In this document: positions 1 to 10,400 of the stretch, piece after piece
How positions within the stretch are numbered: the stretch's first letter is position 1
Layout of the letters: every line of letters begins with the position of its first letter
Source: Aquisalimonadaceae bacterium
GTDB taxonomy: Bacteria; Pseudomonadota; Gammaproteobacteria; Nitrococcales; Aquisalimonadaceae
Direction of reading: 5' to 3'
DNA length: 64,000 bases
NCBI GenBank assembly: GCA_040877625.1
Contig: JBBDNK010000001.1
Span: forward strand, 88,370-152,369
Notes under the pieces: generated by a model
What the model saw: only the letters and a program-made list of their open reading frames with translations
Told to the model about the DNA's origin: nothing
Databases searched by the model: none
Translations under genes and position numbers: made by a program

Positions 1-115
1 AGCGATTAACGGCACTGCACCTACCCCTGCTGGAATGGGAACAGTGCAGGAAAGTTCGCTATTTTAGTGGCGTGCAGCCGGAATATCCATGGGTAGCACG
101 AAATGTGGATCCCAG

Positions 116-144
116 AAAAAAAGGCGCCTTTGCGGGCGCCTTTT
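116..144 (-). terminator. Rho-independent terminator closing the hupB/tRNA-Val/tRNA-Asp unit (symmetric, could work in both directions)
   Basis: GGCGCC (123-128) pairs with GGCGCC (135-140), extended by A:T pairs. It is flanked by an A-run (116-122) and a T-run (141-144). On the minus strand the stem is followed by a 7-nt U-run. Confidence 0.7.
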
Positions 145-151
145 CATAAAT

Positions 152-228
152 TGGCGGAGCGGACGGGACTCGAACCCGCGACCCCCGGCGTGACAGGCCG
201 GTATTCTAACCAACTGAACTACCGCTCC
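152..228 (-). tRNA. tRNA-Asp (anticodon GTC)
   Basis: 77-nt cloverleaf on the minus strand with acceptor GGAGCGG/CCGCTCC plus G-CCA, anticodon loop CTGTCAC and T-arm GGTTCGAGTCC. Near-identical to enterobacterial tRNA-Asp as I remember it. Confidence 0.95.
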
Positions 229-245
229 GGATTATTTTCACCCGA

Positions 246-321
246 TGGTGGGTGGTGAGGGGATCGAACCCCCGACATTCGCCTTGTAAGGGCGACGCTC
301 TACCAGCTGAGCTAACCACCC
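246..321 (-). tRNA. tRNA-Val (anticodon TAC)
   Basis: 76-nt cloverleaf on the minus strand with 5' GGGTGGTTAGCTCAGCTGG, anticodon loop CTTACAA, T-arm GGTTCGATCC and encoded CCA. Confidence 0.95.
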
Positions 322-336
322 CCGAAAAACGAGGCG

Positions 337-609
337 CTAGTTTACTGCATCCTTCAGTGCCTTGCCAGCCTTAAAACCGGGCACTTTGCTGGACGGAATC
401 CTGATGGTCTCACCGGTGCGCGGATTGCGGCCGGAGCGGGCGGCCCGCTCGCGCACGCTGAACGTTCCGAAGCCAACGAGGCTCACGGTGTCGTTTTCCT
501 TGAGGGCCTTGGTAACGGCTTCAACAACGGCATCCACGGCCTTGGTGGCGGACGCCTTGGACAGATCCGCGGACTGAGCGACGGCTTCGATAAGTTCAGA
601 TTTGTTCAT
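337..609 (-). CDS. hupB: DNA-binding protein HU (beta-type)
   Basis: The 90-aa product [11 protein letters not shown]...[12 protein letters not shown]...[12 protein letters not shown] is a full-length HU/IHF-fold protein. The ATG at 609 is preferred over the ORF-track start at 681. It sits downstream of lon, as in enterics. Confidence 0.93.
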   Translation of the reverse strand: MNKSELIEAVAQSADLSKASATKAVDAVVEAVTKALKENDTVSLVGFGTFSVRERAARSGRNPRTGETIRIPSSKVPGFKAGKALKDAVN

Positions 610-916
610 CCTGTATTCCCCTTGGTGTTGTTCTGAGTGGACAACTATCGTTCCTGGGCCAACCTCGCGTCCAATGTACAAACATTGCCCGCCAACTGGA
701 AGGCGCTGTCCGTCATTTTCTGCCTACTCGCCTTCACCTCCTTACTGACGGAGACGGGGGCAGAGCTTACCATCGCTTACCTGCGTATGGGTGCATCAAA
801 TGAAGATGCCGGCTGACGGTCGATCTGGCGTGCCCTGCGAGTGATTAAAACAACGGCAGGATACGGTCCCCGCATCCCACCGGTGCTTGCGTTATACCAA
901 GGCCCCGGAAACCCTG

Positions 917-3367
917 TCAATGCGCCCGGACGCCGCCCTGCCTCTTGCCTCGACGTGTCTGACGCTTCTTGGCGACATCTTCTTCCTCTGTTTCCTCGAC
1001 CTTCTCCGGTAACGGCGTCGGTACACGAAGCAGCGCGGTTTCCAGCACATCGTCGATCCAGCGCACCGGCTTGATCTCGAGCTTGCCGATGATGTTCTTC
1101 GGTATCTCCGTGAGATCCTTCCGGTTTTCCTCCGGAATGATCACCGTGGTAATACCTCCGCGGTGAGCCGCCAACAGCTTCTCCTTGAGGCCGCCAATGG
1201 GCAAAATTTCGCCGCGAAGCGTAATCTCGCCGGTCATGGCGACAGTCGCCTTGACCGGAATGCCGGTCAAGGCAGAAACCAGCGCGGTGCACATCCCGAT
1301 ACCCGCACTTGGGCCATCCTTGGGGATAGCTCCCTCGGGTACGTGGATGTGCACATCGTTCTGATGATAGAAATCCGGATCGATGCCGAGCATTCGTGCA
1401 CGGCTGCGCACCACCGTCATGGCGGCCTGGATCGATTCCTTCATGACATCGCCCAATTGCCCGGTCTGCGTCATCCGGCCCTTGCCGGCGACCACGGCGG
1501 ATTCGATATTCAGCAGCTCACCGCCGACCTCGGTCCAGGCCAGCCCGGTAACATGACCGACCTGATCCCTCTCTTCCGCAATGCCATACCGGAACTTGCG
1601 AACGCCCAGGTACTTGTCGATGTTTTGAGCATTCACCATCAGCTTCTTGTCGCGCGGCTTGGTCACCAGTTCCTTCACCACCTTGCGGCAGATCTTGGCA
1701 ATTTCCCGCTCCAGATTACGCACGCCGGCTTCGCGCGTGTAGTGCCTGACGATGTCCCTAAGGGCATTTTCGCTCACATCCAGTTCGGAGGTCTTGATGC
1801 CGTTTGCCTTCATCTGCTTGGACAGGAGATACCGCTGCGCTATGTTGATCTTTTCGTCTTCGGTGTAACCCGGCAGGCGAATCACCTCCATCCGGTCCAG
1901 CAACGCCGGAGGAATATTGAGCGTATTGGCGGTACAGACGAACATCACATCGGAGAGATCGACGTCCACTTCAAGATAGTGGTCGTTGAAGGTGCTGTTC
2001 TGTTCCGGGTCCAGCACTTCCAGCAGTGCCGATGCCGGATCACCTCGGAAGTCCATCGCCATCTTGTCGATTTCATCGAGAAGAAACAGCGGATTGCGCG
2101 CTCCTGCCTTGGCCAGGTTCTGAACGATCTTGCCCGGCAGTGAGCCGATGTAGGTCCTGCGATGGCCGCGGATCTCGGCTTCGTCGCGGACACCGCCCAA
2201 TGACATGCGCACGAACTTCCGATTGGTGGCGCGGGCTATCGATTGCCCCAGCGATGTCTTGCCCACGCCGGGAGGCCCCACCAGACAGAGTATCGGCCCT
2301 TTCAGCTTGCGTACGCGCTGTTGCACGGCCAGGTACTCGACAATCCGCTCCTTCACCTTCTCCAGGCCGTAATGATCGGCGTCCAGCACGGCCTCGGCCT
2401 TGGCCAAGTCGTGGTAAACGCGCGTGCGCTTCTTCCAGGGCACCGACACCAGCCATTCAATGTAGTTGCGTACCACGGTGGCCTCGGCCGACATGGGCTG
2501 CATCATCCGCAGCTTGTTCAGCTCCGTGCGCGCCTTGCTCTTGACCTCCTTTGGCATACCGGCCTTTTCGATCTTCTGCTCGAGTTCCTCGGTCTCGTTG
2601 GGCATGTCCTCCAGATCACCCAGCTCTTTCTGGATGGCCTTTGCCTGTTCGTTCAGATAATACTCCCTCTGGCTCTTCTCCATCTGCTGCTTGACGCGAC
2701 CGCGAATGCGCTTCTCGATCTGGAGAATATCTATTTCACTCTCGATCAGGCCCAGAAGGTGCTCCAACCGGTCGCGAACGTCTTCGATCTCCAGAATTTT
2801 CTGCTTGCCGTCGATCTTCAACGCCATGTGCGCGGCAATGGTGTCAGCCAGACGGCCAGGATCATCGATTCCAGCCAATGACGACAGAATTTCCGGTGGC
2901 ACCTTCTTGTTGAGCTTCACGTACTGGTCGAACTGATTCATCACCGAGCGCGCCAGCACCTCGACTTCGCGATCATCACTGTAGTCATTGGCTTCGGGCA
3001 CAATGATACGTGCGGTGAAATAGTCACCCTCCTCATGCATGCTCACCATTTGGGCACGGTGCAGCCCCTCGACGAGGACTTTCACAGTGCCATCGGGAAG
3101 TTTGAGCATCTGCAGGATGGTGGCGACCGTACCCTGCTTGTAGAGATCCGACTCCATTGGATCATCCACTTCGGCACTTACCTGAGCCACCAGCAGGATT
3201 TTCTTGTCCGTCTCCATCGCGGCTTCAAGGGCCTTGATTGACTTGTCTCGTCCGACGAACAACGGAATCACCATGTGGGGATAGACCACGACGTCTCGCA
3301 GCGGCAGCACCGGTGCAAAGCTCATGGTTTCCTGGACGATATCGGACGTCTGGTCATTCCGGGGCAT
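917..3367 (-). CDS. lon: ATP-dependent Lon protease
   Basis: 816 aa with Walker [10 protein letters not shown], catalytic-Ser motif PKDGPSAG and an N-terminal LON substrate domain. Lies in clpX-lon-hupB synteny. Confidence 0.97.
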   Translation of the reverse strand: MPRNDQTSDIVQETMSFAPVLPLRDVVVYPHMVIPLFVGRDKSIKALEAAMETDKKILLVAQVSAEVDDPMESDLYKQGTVATILQMLKLPDGTVKVLVEGLHRAQMVSMHEEGDYFTARIIVPEANDYSDDREVEVLARSVMNQFDQYVKLNKKVPPEILSSLAGIDDPGRLADTIAAHMALKIDGKQKILEIEDVRDRLEHLLGLIESEIDILQIEKRIRGRVKQQMEKSQREYYLNEQAKAIQKELGDLEDMPNETEELEQKIEKAGMPKEVKSKARTELNKLRMMQPMSAEATVVRNYIEWLVSVPWKKRTRVYHDLAKAEAVLDADHYGLEKVKERIVEYLAVQQRVRKLKGPILCLVGPPGVGKTSLGQSIARATNRKFVRMSLGGVRDEAEIRGHRRTYIGSLPGKIVQNLAKAGARNPLFLLDEIDKMAMDFRGDPASALLEVLDPEQNSTFNDHYLEVDVDLSDVMFVCTANTLNIPPALLDRMEVIRLPGYTEDEKINIAQRYLLSKQMKANGIKTSELDVSENALRDIVRHYTREAGVRNLEREIAKICRKVVKELVTKPRDKKLMVNAQNIDKYLGVRKFRYGIAEERDQVGHVTGLAWTEVGGELLNIESAVVAGKGRMTQTGQLGDVMKESIQAAMTVVRSRARMLGIDPDFYHQNDVHIHVPEGAIPKDGPSAGIGMCTALVSALTGIPVKATVAMTGEITLRGEILPIGGLKEKLLAAHRGGITTVIIPEENRKDLTEIPKNIIGKLEIKPVRWIDDVLETALLRVPTPLPEKVEETEEEDVAKKRQTRRGKRQGGVRAH

Positions 3368-3429
3368 TGGCGCGGTTCCTCACTGAAACGTAACTGAATG
3401 GGGCGCGGACGCGCCTCAATTGTCTGGGG

Positions 3430-3458
3430 ATATGCGGGTCACCGAGCCGTCTTTCAAC
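3430..3458 (-). promoter_or_regulatory. Candidate sigma-32 (heat-shock) promoter of lon
   Basis: The minus strand reads GTTGAAA-13 nt-CCCGCATAT. This resembles the sigma-32 consensus CTTGAAA/CCCCATnT and the E. coli lon promoter. It ends about 60 nt upstream of the lon ATG. Confidence 0.5.
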
Positions 3459-3461
3459 AGC

Positions 3462-3473
3462 CAGTGTCTCCTT
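3462..3473 (-). repeat. Single copy of the AAGGAGACACTG intergenic repeat core
   Basis: The minus strand reads CTCAAGGAGACACTG and ends 3 nt upstream of the putative lon -35 element. It is an exact 10-mer match to the copies at 12951, 18872, 55895 and 55953. Confidence 0.6.
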
Positions 3474-3544
3474 GAGCCCCAGAATACCGCTGGCTCTTTC
3501 CAGCGGCTGCGTATAGTTCGATGATACCAGTCGGACGCGGCAAA

Positions 3545-3580
3545 CCGCACCCACGTCATTTACCCATGACGCAGGCGCGG
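3545..3580 (-). terminator. Possible weak terminator/attenuator hairpin after clpX
   Basis: An imperfect 15-position stem (12 pairs) between 3545-3559 and 3566-3580 with a 6-nt loop, 19 nt downstream of the clpX stop. Only a short U stretch follows. Confidence 0.3.
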
Positions 3581-3598
3581 TTCCGTACAGGAGGGAAA

Positions 3599-4882
3599 TC
3601 AGTCAGAGGCGACCTTGGTCTGCTCGGCACCGTCATAGATCAGATAGGGCTTGGCCTCTCCGCGGATCACCGCGTCATCCACCACGACCTTGCTGACCCC
3701 TTCCATGGACGGAATCTCATACATGGTATCCAGCAGTACATTTTCAATAATGGTACGCAGACCGCGCGCTCCGGTCTTGCGCTCCATTGCCTTGCGGGCC
3801 ACTGCCCGAAGCGCATCCTCGCGGAATTCCAACTCACTGCCTTCCATGTCGAACAGTTTCGCGTACTGCTTGGTCACCGCATTTTTCGGCGTGGTGAGGA
3901 TTTCGACCAGGGCATCCTCGTCCAGTTCGCTTAGCGTCGCCACGACCGGCAACCTTCCCACGAACTCGGGGATCAACCCGTACTTGATCAAATCCTCCGG
4001 CTCCACATCCTGAAGGGTCTCGCCAACGCTCTTGCGCTGATCCTTGCCCTTGACCTGTGCCGAAAAGCCGATTCCACCCTTCTCCGAGCGTTCCTGAATC
4101 ACACGATCCAATCCCGCAAAGGCACCACCAACGATAAATAGAATACCGCCGGTATTCACCTGCAGGAACTCCTGCTGCGGATGCTTGCGTCCGCCCTGTG
4201 GCGGCACTGAAGCCACCGTGCCTTCGATCAGCTTGAGCAGCGCCTGCTGCACGCCTTCGCCGGAAACGTCCCGGGTAATCGAAGGGTTGTCCGCCTTGCG
4301 GGAGATCTTGTCTATTTCATCAATGTAGACAATGCCGGTCTGCGCCTTCTCGACATCGTAGTCGCACTTCTGCAGCAGCTTCTGAATGATGTTCTCTACA
4401 TCCTCGCCAACGTAGCCGGCTTCGGTCAGCGTGGTTGCGTCGGCGATCGTAAAGGGCACATCGAGCAGTCGTGCCAGGGTTTCGGCCAACAACGTCTTGC
4501 CCGAACCCGTGGGGCCAATCAGCAGAATATTACTCTTGGCGAGTTCGACGTCGCTCTTGCCCTGACTGGCCTCCAGGCGCTTGTAGTGGTTGTAGACAGC
4601 CACCGACAGCACCTTCTTGGCGTGATCCTGGCCAATGACGTATTCGTCAAGAACCTTCTTGATTTCGTGAGGCTTGGGCAGCTTGGAGTTGCCGGAGGCA
4701 CTCTTCTCCTGCATTTCCTCACGGATGATGTCGTTGCAAAGCTCGACGCACTCGTCGCAGACGAACACCGACGGACCCGCGATCAGCTTGCGGACCTCAT
4801 GCTGGCTCTTGCCGCAGAACGAGCAGTAGAGGAGCTTGCCACCGTCATCACCCCTGTTCTTGTCTCTGTCGCTCATGGCCAA
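3599..4882 (-). CDS. clpX: ATP-dependent Clp protease ATP-binding subunit ClpX
   Basis: 427 aa with an N-terminal zinc ribbon CSFCGK...CDEC, Walker A GPTGSGKT and a full-length ClpX-like sequence. Confidence 0.97.
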   Translation of the reverse strand: MAMSDRDKNRGDDGGKLLYCSFCGKSQHEVRKLIAGPSVFVCDECVELCNDIIREEMQEKSASGNSKLPKPHEIKKVLDEYVIGQDHAKKVLSVAVYNHYKRLEASQGKSDVELAKSNILLIGPTGSGKTLLAETLARLLDVPFTIADATTLTEAGYVGEDVENIIQKLLQKCDYDVEKAQTGIVYIDEIDKISRKADNPSITRDVSGEGVQQALLKLIEGTVASVPPQGGRKHPQQEFLQVNTGGILFIVGGAFAGLDRVIQERSEKGGIGFSAQVKGKDQRKSVGETLQDVEPEDLIKYGLIPEFVGRLPVVATLSELDEDALVEILTTPKNAVTKQYAKLFDMEGSELEFREDALRAVARKAMERKTGARGLRTIIENVLLDTMYEIPSMEGVSKVVVDDAVIRGEAKPYLIYDGAEQTKVASD

Positions 4883-5027
4883 TCCTCGGTTGATTGAACG
4901 CCGATAGGTGTTACCTTGCCTGCTTTTCGGAGCCCACGCAAGAAAAGCAGGGCCGCGCCGGAGCTACTTTTCCGCCTGCCCGAGTCATTTTCGAGCGGGC
5001 CCTCAGCCGGTAACGGAACCCATCCGT

Positions 5028-5068
5028 CAAAAACACAAACGCCACCCGCGATTATCTCACGGGTGGCG
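5028..5068 (-). terminator. Rho-independent terminator/attenuator between clpP and clpX
   Basis: GCCACCCG (5041-5048) pairs with CGGGTGGC (5060-5067). On the minus strand the stem is followed by GTTTGTGTTTTTG. It lies about 65 nt downstream of the clpP stop. Confidence 0.6.
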
Positions 5069-5132
5069 CCGTTTCGGGGCATCTTCTGAAAATTCCGCAC
5101 ACACGCGGCTGAGGCTTCCAAGCCAAACTCCC

Positions 5133-5777
5133 CTACTTGTCCACTACCATTGAGGCACGATCCTTGAGAATGGCATCGACCAGACCATATTCCACCGCAC
5201 TCTCCGGGGTCAAGAAATTATCCCTGTCCGTATCGAGCTGCACCTTCTCGATAGGCTGTCCGGTATGGTGCGCCAGAATGCTATTGAGGCGGTCGCGAAT
5301 CGAGAGAATCTCGCGAGCATGAATGTCGATGTCCGTCGCCTGGCCCTGGTAACCACCGAGAGGCTGATGGATCATCATCCGCGAATTCGGCAGGCAGTAA
5401 CGCTTGCCCGCCGCGCCACCCGCCAGCAACAGCGCCCCCATGCTCGCTGCCTGCCCCAGACAGACCGTGCTCACGTCGGGGCGAATGAACTGCATGGTGT
5501 CATAAATGGCCATGCCCGCGGTCACGGAACCACCCGGAGAATTGATATAGAAATTGATGTCCTTGTCCGGGTTTTCGGACTCCAGAAACAGCAACTGGGC
5601 AACGAGCAGATTGGCCATATGGTCTTCGACCTGCCCAACCATGAACACCACCCGCTCCTTGAGCAGCCTGGAGAAAATATCGTAGGCCCGCTCACCGCGA
5701 GAGGTCTGTTCCACGACCATGGGCACCAGGTTGGCCTGAATATCCATGGGATCAATTGAACTGTTGCGTCCGGTCAT
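5133..5777 (-). CDS. clpP: ATP-dependent Clp protease proteolytic subunit
   Basis: 214 aa with the ClpP core containing active-site context [11 protein letters not shown]. Its start codon lies only 3 nt after the tig stop. Confidence 0.97.
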   Translation of the reverse strand: MTGRNSSIDPMDIQANLVPMVVEQTSRGERAYDIFSRLLKERVVFMVGQVEDHMANLLVAQLLFLESENPDKDINFYINSPGGSVTAGMAIYDTMQFIRPDVSTVCLGQAASMGALLLAGGAAGKRYCLPNSRMMIHQPLGGYQGQATDIDIHAREILSIRDRLNSILAHHTGQPIEKVQLDTDRDNFLTPESAVEYGLVDAILKDRASMVVDK

Positions 5778-5780
5778 TAT

Positions 5781-7133
5781 TCAGCCCTCGGTTTTTTCCG
5801 CCTGATCAGCCGCCGCGCCCTCGGGCTTGGTCGACTGCGGATTAAGCAGAGCCTGTAGTTCGATGGGTTCATCCTCCACCTTGGCCTGCTCGACGATCCA
5901 GTCAATCACCTGGTCTTCCAGAACACTGACCTCCAGACTCTGCATGAGTTGCCGATTCTGACTGTAGTACTGAATGATCTCGTCAGGTTTCTCGTAGCCT
6001 GCAGCCATTTCGAAGAGCTGTTGCTTGACCCGGTTCTGATCGAGCTTGATGCTGTTGTCCGCTATCAACCGATTCATGACAAGCCCCAGTGTCACTCGCC
6101 GACGGGCCTGCTCCTCGAAGAGCTCGCCCGGCAGGTCGAGGCCATCGTCCTGACCAGTCTGGGACTGAATCCGCTGTTTCATCTGCTGCTGCAGGGCCTG
6201 AATTTCCCCATCCACCAACGCCTTGGGCAAGGTAATCTCGTTCTCACGGGCGAGAACTTCGGTCACCTGTTCCTTGAGACGTGCACGGACAGCACGGCCG
6301 GACTCGGCTTCCAGATTCTTGCGTACAAGATCCCGAAGCGCCTGAATCCCGCCCTCCTTGACGCCGACGGATTCCGCGAAGGTATCATCGAACTCGGGCA
6401 GCTCAGGTTCTTCCACCGCTTTCACGGTGGTGTGAAAAATAGCGGTCTTGCCGGCGACTTCGCTGGTCGGAAAATCGTCGCCGAACGCGTATTCGATATC
6501 CCTGCTGTCGCCCTGCTTCAGACCTTTTAACGCCGACTCGAACTCCGGCGGCATGGTTCCGGAGCCGATGGTCACGGGCTGGTCTTCACCCTCACTGCCG
6601 GGAAAGCCCTCGCCGTTCACCTTACCGTGAAAGTCCACGATTACCCGATCGTTGTCAGTCGCTTCGCGATCCACCGTCCTGTACGTCGCCTGCTGTTTGC
6701 GCAGGTCCGTCAGGACGCGGTCGATATCGGCATCGGAGATGTCGGCCACGGGGCGCTTCAGCGCCATTTCCGAATGCCCCTTCACCTCAATCTCCGGCAT
6801 GATTTCGAACACCGCCTCATATTCGAGGTCGCCGCCGGTCATGCCCTGACGCACGTCAACACTGGGAGCGCCGGCGGGATTGAGATTTTCCTGCTGAAGT
6901 GCCTCGCTATAGGTCTGCTGGAGCACTTCGTTCAGCACTTCCTGGTGCACCTGGGCCCCATAGCGCTTCTCCACCACCTTGGCAGGCACTTTGCCCGGGC
7001 GGAAGCCATCCATGCGCACGGTACGCGCCAGGTTCTGCAGACGGCTCTGAACCTCGCCATCCAACCGGGATGCCGGTACCTGCACGACCATACGACGTTC
7101 CAGTCCCTCGGTCGTTTCAACTGACACTTGCAT
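5781..7133 (-). CDS. tig: Trigger factor (ribosome-associated PPIase chaperone)
   Basis: 450 aa starting MQVSVETTEGLERR, with an internal FKBP-type domain. Lies in tig-clpP-clpX-lon synteny. Confidence 0.95.
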   Translation of the reverse strand: MQVSVETTEGLERRMVVQVPASRLDGEVQSRLQNLARTVRMDGFRPGKVPAKVVEKRYGAQVHQEVLNEVLQQTYSEALQQENLNPAGAPSVDVRQGMTGGDLEYEAVFEIMPEIEVKGHSEMALKRPVADISDADIDRVLTDLRKQQATYRTVDREATDNDRVIVDFHGKVNGEGFPGSEGEDQPVTIGSGTMPPEFESALKGLKQGDSRDIEYAFGDDFPTSEVAGKTAIFHTTVKAVEEPELPEFDDTFAESVGVKEGGIQALRDLVRKNLEAESGRAVRARLKEQVTEVLARENEITLPKALVDGEIQALQQQMKQRIQSQTGQDDGLDLPGELFEEQARRRVTLGLVMNRLIADNSIKLDQNRVKQQLFEMAAGYEKPDEIIQYYSQNRQLMQSLEVSVLEDQVIDWIVEQAKVEDEPIELQALLNPQSTKPEGAAADQAEKTEG

Positions 7134-7233
7134 CTAAAACACCTCTAAGTACGGGGCTTTCATGACTGTCCAGTGATACCGTCCCATCGCATACCGGTCA
7201 TCACGGAGAAAACGGCGAACCGCTGGGAAACGC

Positions 7234-7317
7234 TGGTGCGGGAGGTCGGACTCGAACCGACACGGGTTGCCCCACCGGCACCTAAAGCCGGCGCGTATAC
7301 CATTTCGCCACTCCCGC
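7234..7317 (-). tRNA. tRNA-Leu (anticodon TAG)
   Basis: 84-nt class II tRNA with a long variable arm, acceptor GCGGGAG/CTCCCGC-A-CCA and anticodon loop TTTAGGT. Confidence 0.92.
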
Positions 7318-7405
7318 CTGAACAACATTGGCCAAACCTTACCATAGCGCAACGGTCTGCCCTGAAACGAAAACGGCCTACGACCAACGCCGTAAGCCGG
7401 ATAGG

Positions 7406-7481
<76 letters not shown>

Positions 7482-7488
7482 CGATATA

Positions 7489-7565
7489 TGGGGTGGACGA
7501 TGGGACTCGAACCCACGACGACTGGAATCACAATCCAGGGCTCTACCAACTGAGCTACGCCCACC
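7489..7565 (-). tRNA. tRNA-His (anticodon GTG)
   Basis: 77 nt including the extra G(-1) opposite C73, with anticodon loop TTGTGAT. Very similar to E. coli tRNA-His. It lies only 7 nt from tRNA-Lys. Confidence 0.93.
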
Positions 7566-7602
7566 ACTGAACACTGCCCAAACACCGTTACCGGGCGGAA
7601 TC

Positions 7603-7679
7603 TGGCGCGCCCGGCAGGACTCGAACCTGCAACCGCCGGCTTAGAAGGCCGATGCTCTATCCGGTTGAGCTACGGGCGC
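7603..7679 (-). tRNA. tRNA-Arg (anticodon TCT)
   Basis: 77 nt with acceptor GCGCCCG/CGGGCGC-G-CCA and anticodon loop CTTCTAA. Confidence 0.92.
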
Positions 7680-7760
7680 AATGATACGTCCTTAGCCCGC
7701 ATTTTGCACGAATCGCGCGGCGGGCTCGAGCAGCCGGGAACGAACCGCCTACCCGGAGTC

Positions 7761-7837
7761 TGGTCGGGGTGGAGGGATTCGAACCCCCGACATCCAGCTC
7801 CCAAAGCTGGCGCGCTACCAGGCTGCGCTACACCCCG
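7761..7837 (-). tRNA. tRNA-Pro (anticodon TGG)
   Basis: 77 nt with acceptor CGGGGTG/CACCCCG-A-CCA and anticodon loop TTTGGGA. Confidence 0.92.
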
Positions 7838-7888
7838 TGCCCGCCATAGGTTGCTCGCAGACGCGCGCCACCGTGTAACGGAAGCGGA

Positions 7889-7917
7889 ATAATACGCACG
7901 AGCCCCTCATTCGTCAA
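7889..7917 (-). promoter_or_regulatory. Sigma-70 promoter of the Pro-Arg-His-Lys-Leu tRNA operon
   Basis: The minus strand reads TTGACG-17 nt-TATTAT. The -10 element ends about 50 nt upstream of the tRNA-Pro 5' end. Confidence 0.6.
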
Positions 7918-8080
7918 TGCCGGAAGATGCCCAACCGGTCATGCGAAAATGCGCCAGAAACAAGGACCTGCCCTACGCCCATCGCTTGTTCCGGCACCGG
8001 AACACATGCGACAATCCCCGGCCTTCGCCGGTGGCCGGCTGCCGCCTTTACTCCTCACGGAAAACTGATCACGGACATAG

Positions 8081-8935
8081 ATGACCGCACAGATTCTCAA
8101 TGGCAAGGCATGTGCCGCACGCGTCCAGGAGCGACTCCGAAAGGTTATAGAACAAAGGCTTGCCGACGGCGGCAGGCGACCTGGACTCGCCGTGGTGCTG
8201 ATTGGCACCGACCCTGCATCCCAGGTTTACGTCCGCAAGAAACGCCAGACCTGCGAGATGCTGGGCATAGCCTCCGAGGGCCATGACCTGCCCGCCGAAA
8301 CCCCGCAATCCGAATTGCTTGCCCTTATAGACCGCCTGAATGCCGACCCGGCCATCGATGGCATCCTTGTGCAGCTCCCCTTGCCGAACCATATCAATGC
8401 CCAGACAGTGATCGGGGCCATCGATCCCGCCAAGGATGTGGACGGCTTTCACCCGGTCAACATGGGCCGTCTGGCCCTGAAATTACCAGGTCTGCGCCCC
8501 TGTACACCGCATGGCGTGATGACCATGCTGGACGATGCCGGCCTGACCCTCGAGGGCCTCAATGCCGTCGTCATCGGACAGTCCAATATCGTCGGTCGGC
8601 CGATGGCACTGGAGCTGCTCAATGCGCGCTGCACGATTACCGTCTGCCATAGCCGCACCCGCGATCTGGCCTCGATCGTGCGGTCAGCGGATCTGCTGGT
8701 GGCCGGCGTGGGCAGACCCCATTTCGTGCAAGGGGAATGGATTCAGTCCGGAGCAATCGTGGTGGACGTCGGCATCAACCGACTCGCGAATGGCAAACTG
8801 GTCGGCGATGTCGATTATGAATCGGCAGCAAAAAAAGCCGCCTGGATTACACCTGTCCCCGGCGGCGTCGGCCCAATGACCGTGGCAACCCTACTCGAAA
8901 ACACCGTTGAAGCGTACCTGGCGAGAGAAGCCTGA
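8081..8935 (+). CDS. folD: Bifunctional methylenetetrahydrofolate dehydrogenase/methenyl-THF cyclohydrolase
   Basis: 284 aa with [15 protein letters not shown] and [11 protein letters not shown] motifs typical of FolD. Confidence 0.95.
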   Translation: MTAQILNGKACAARVQERLRKVIEQRLADGGRRPGLAVVLIGTDPASQVYVRKKRQTCEMLGIASEGHDLPAETPQSELLALIDRLNADPAIDGILVQLPLPNHINAQTVIGAIDPAKDVDGFHPVNMGRLALKLPGLRPCTPHGVMTMLDDAGLTLEGLNAVVIGQSNIVGRPMALELLNARCTITVCHSRTRDLASIVRSADLLVAGVGRPHFVQGEWIQSGAIVVDVGINRLANGKLVGDVDYESAAKKAAWITPVPGGVGPMTVATLLENTVEAYLAREA

Positions 8936-9008
8936 TAACGTGACTCGGGAGATGAACGCTGGTGCAGCGGGAACTGGTCGATCTGGAACCCGGTGGCTAC
9001 GACTGAAA

Positions 9009-10400
9009 CTACTTGCCGACGGAGAATGCCGCGTCCATCGCATCACTGAGGCGCCTGACCGGAATCAGCTCAAGCCCTTCCAGATGCCGCTTGCCCTTGG
9101 GTACGTTCTTGTGAGGCACGATGGCACGACGAAAGCCGTGTTTGGCCGCTTCCCGCAACCGCTCTTCGCCATTCGGCACCGGCCGGATTTCCCCGGCCAG
9201 CCCAACTTCACCAAACACCACGCAATCGCTGGCCAGAGGCCGTTCGCGCAGACTGGACAGCGCCGCCAGCAGGACCGGCAAGTCACTGGCGGTCTCATTG
9301 ACTCGCACGCCACCAACGACATTGATGAACACGTCCTGATCGGCGGTGAATACCCCACCATGTCGGTGCAATACGGCCAGCAGCATGGCCACGCGATTCT
9401 GATCCAGGCCCACGGCAACGCGACGGGGGTTGCCCAGTGGGCTCTCGGAGAGTAGCGACTGCAACTCGAGCAGCAGCGGCCTGCTGCCCTCCCTGGTAAC
9501 CATAATCACGCTGCCGGCCACCGCCTCCTCATGCCGGGACAGGAAGATGGCGGATGGATTGCGAACCTCTTTCAGACCGCTGTCGTCCATGGCGAAGACG
9601 CCCAGCTCATTGGCAGCACCGAAACGGTTCTTCACCGCGCGCAGCAGACGAAAGCGGCTGCTGCCATCGCTTTCGAAATAGAGCACGGTATCCACCATGT
9701 GCTCGAGCACGCGCGGCCCTGCAAGCTGACCGTCCTTGGTCACGTGACCTACCAGAAACACGGTGGTACCGGTCTGCTTGGCGAAGCGCACAAGCTGCGC
9801 AGCACTTTCCCGCACCTGGGCCACGCCGCCCGGCGCGGACTGTAGTTGCTCGGTAAAGATGGTCTGAATGGAATCGATGACCATGATTCGGGGCTGCTCA
9901 TCGAGCGCCTGCTCGACGATTGCCTCCACGCAGGTCTCCGCAAGTACCTTGAGACCCGCGCTGGGAAGGCCCAGCCGCGATGCACGTAGTGCCACCTGGC
10001 GAATGGATTCCTCTCCTGTTACGTACAGTGCCCGGCCGTCAGCGGCCAGGCCGGACATGGTCTGCAACAACAGGGTTGACTTGCCGATACCCGGATCACC
10101 ACCAAGCAGTATCACGCCGCCTTCAACCAGGCCGCCCCCCAACACGCGGTCAAGTTCGCCGATGTGGGTGCTGTAGCGAGCTTCCTCCGTCAGGGTAACG
10201 GCATCCAGGGACTGCACGCCACGATCACCCGCATACTGGCCCCGCGGCCGCACGGCCGGCGCCCCTTGCCGGGGAGAAACCGCTGTCTGGCGGACTTCCT
10301 CCAGCGTGTTCCAGGCCCCGCAGTCGCCACACTGACCAGCCCACTTGGGGCTGCTGGCACCGCAGGCGGTACAACTATATAGCGTGCGGGGGCGGGCCAT
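9009..10400 (-). CDS. radA: DNA repair protein RadA/Sms
   Basis: 463 aa with an N-terminal C4 zinc finger CTACG..CGDCG, Walker A GGDPGIGKST, the KNRFG motif and a Lon-like C-terminal domain. Confidence 0.95.
   Translation of the reverse strand: MARPRTLYSCTACGASSPKWAGQCGDCGAWNTLEEVRQTAVSPRQGAPAVRPRGQYAGDRGVQSLDAVTLTEEARYSTHIGELDRVLGGGLVEGGVILLGGDPGIGKSTLLLQTMSGLAADGRALYVTGEESIRQVALRASRLGLPSAGLKVLAETCVEAIVEQALDEQPRIMVIDSIQTIFTEQLQSAPGGVAQVRESAAQLVRFAKQTGTTVFLVGHVTKDGQLAGPRVLEHMVDTVLYFESDGSSRFRLLRAVKNRFGAANELGVFAMDDSGLKEVRNPSAIFLSRHEEAVAGSVIMVTREGSRPLLLELQSLLSESPLGNPRRVAVGLDQNRVAMLLAVLHRHGGVFTADQDVFINVVGGVRVNETASDLPVLLAALSSLRERPLASDCVVFGEVGLAGEIRPVPNGEERLREAAKHGFRRAIVPHKNVPKGKRHLEGLELIPVRRLSDAMDAAFSVGK

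Noticed and set aside
1-115. Weak resemblance to the repeat family (AATGGGAACAGTG at about 34-46, GGAATATCCATGGG at about 80-93) and a 6-bp inverted repeat CTGCAC/GTGCAG.
   Set aside because: The matches are short, rearranged relative to the unit and lack the GGAGACACTG core, so they are indistinguishable from chance. The window edge also prevents assessing context.
1163-2143. A 326-aa ORF on the plus strand, and many similar long ORFs elsewhere: 17541-18623, 19369-20304, 21914-22870, 36497-37588, 40457-42064, 43488-44816, 46043-47353, 53977-55437 and 62022-62858.
   Set aside because: Each lies entirely antisense to, or out of frame with, a CDS that has unmistakable family motifs (lon, rnr, AEC, hisZ, panB/panC, lptFG, pepA, valS, proS, DUF481). 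Their translations are Arg/Ala/Gly/Pro-rich and low in complexity, as expected for stop-poor shadow frames in high-GC DNA.
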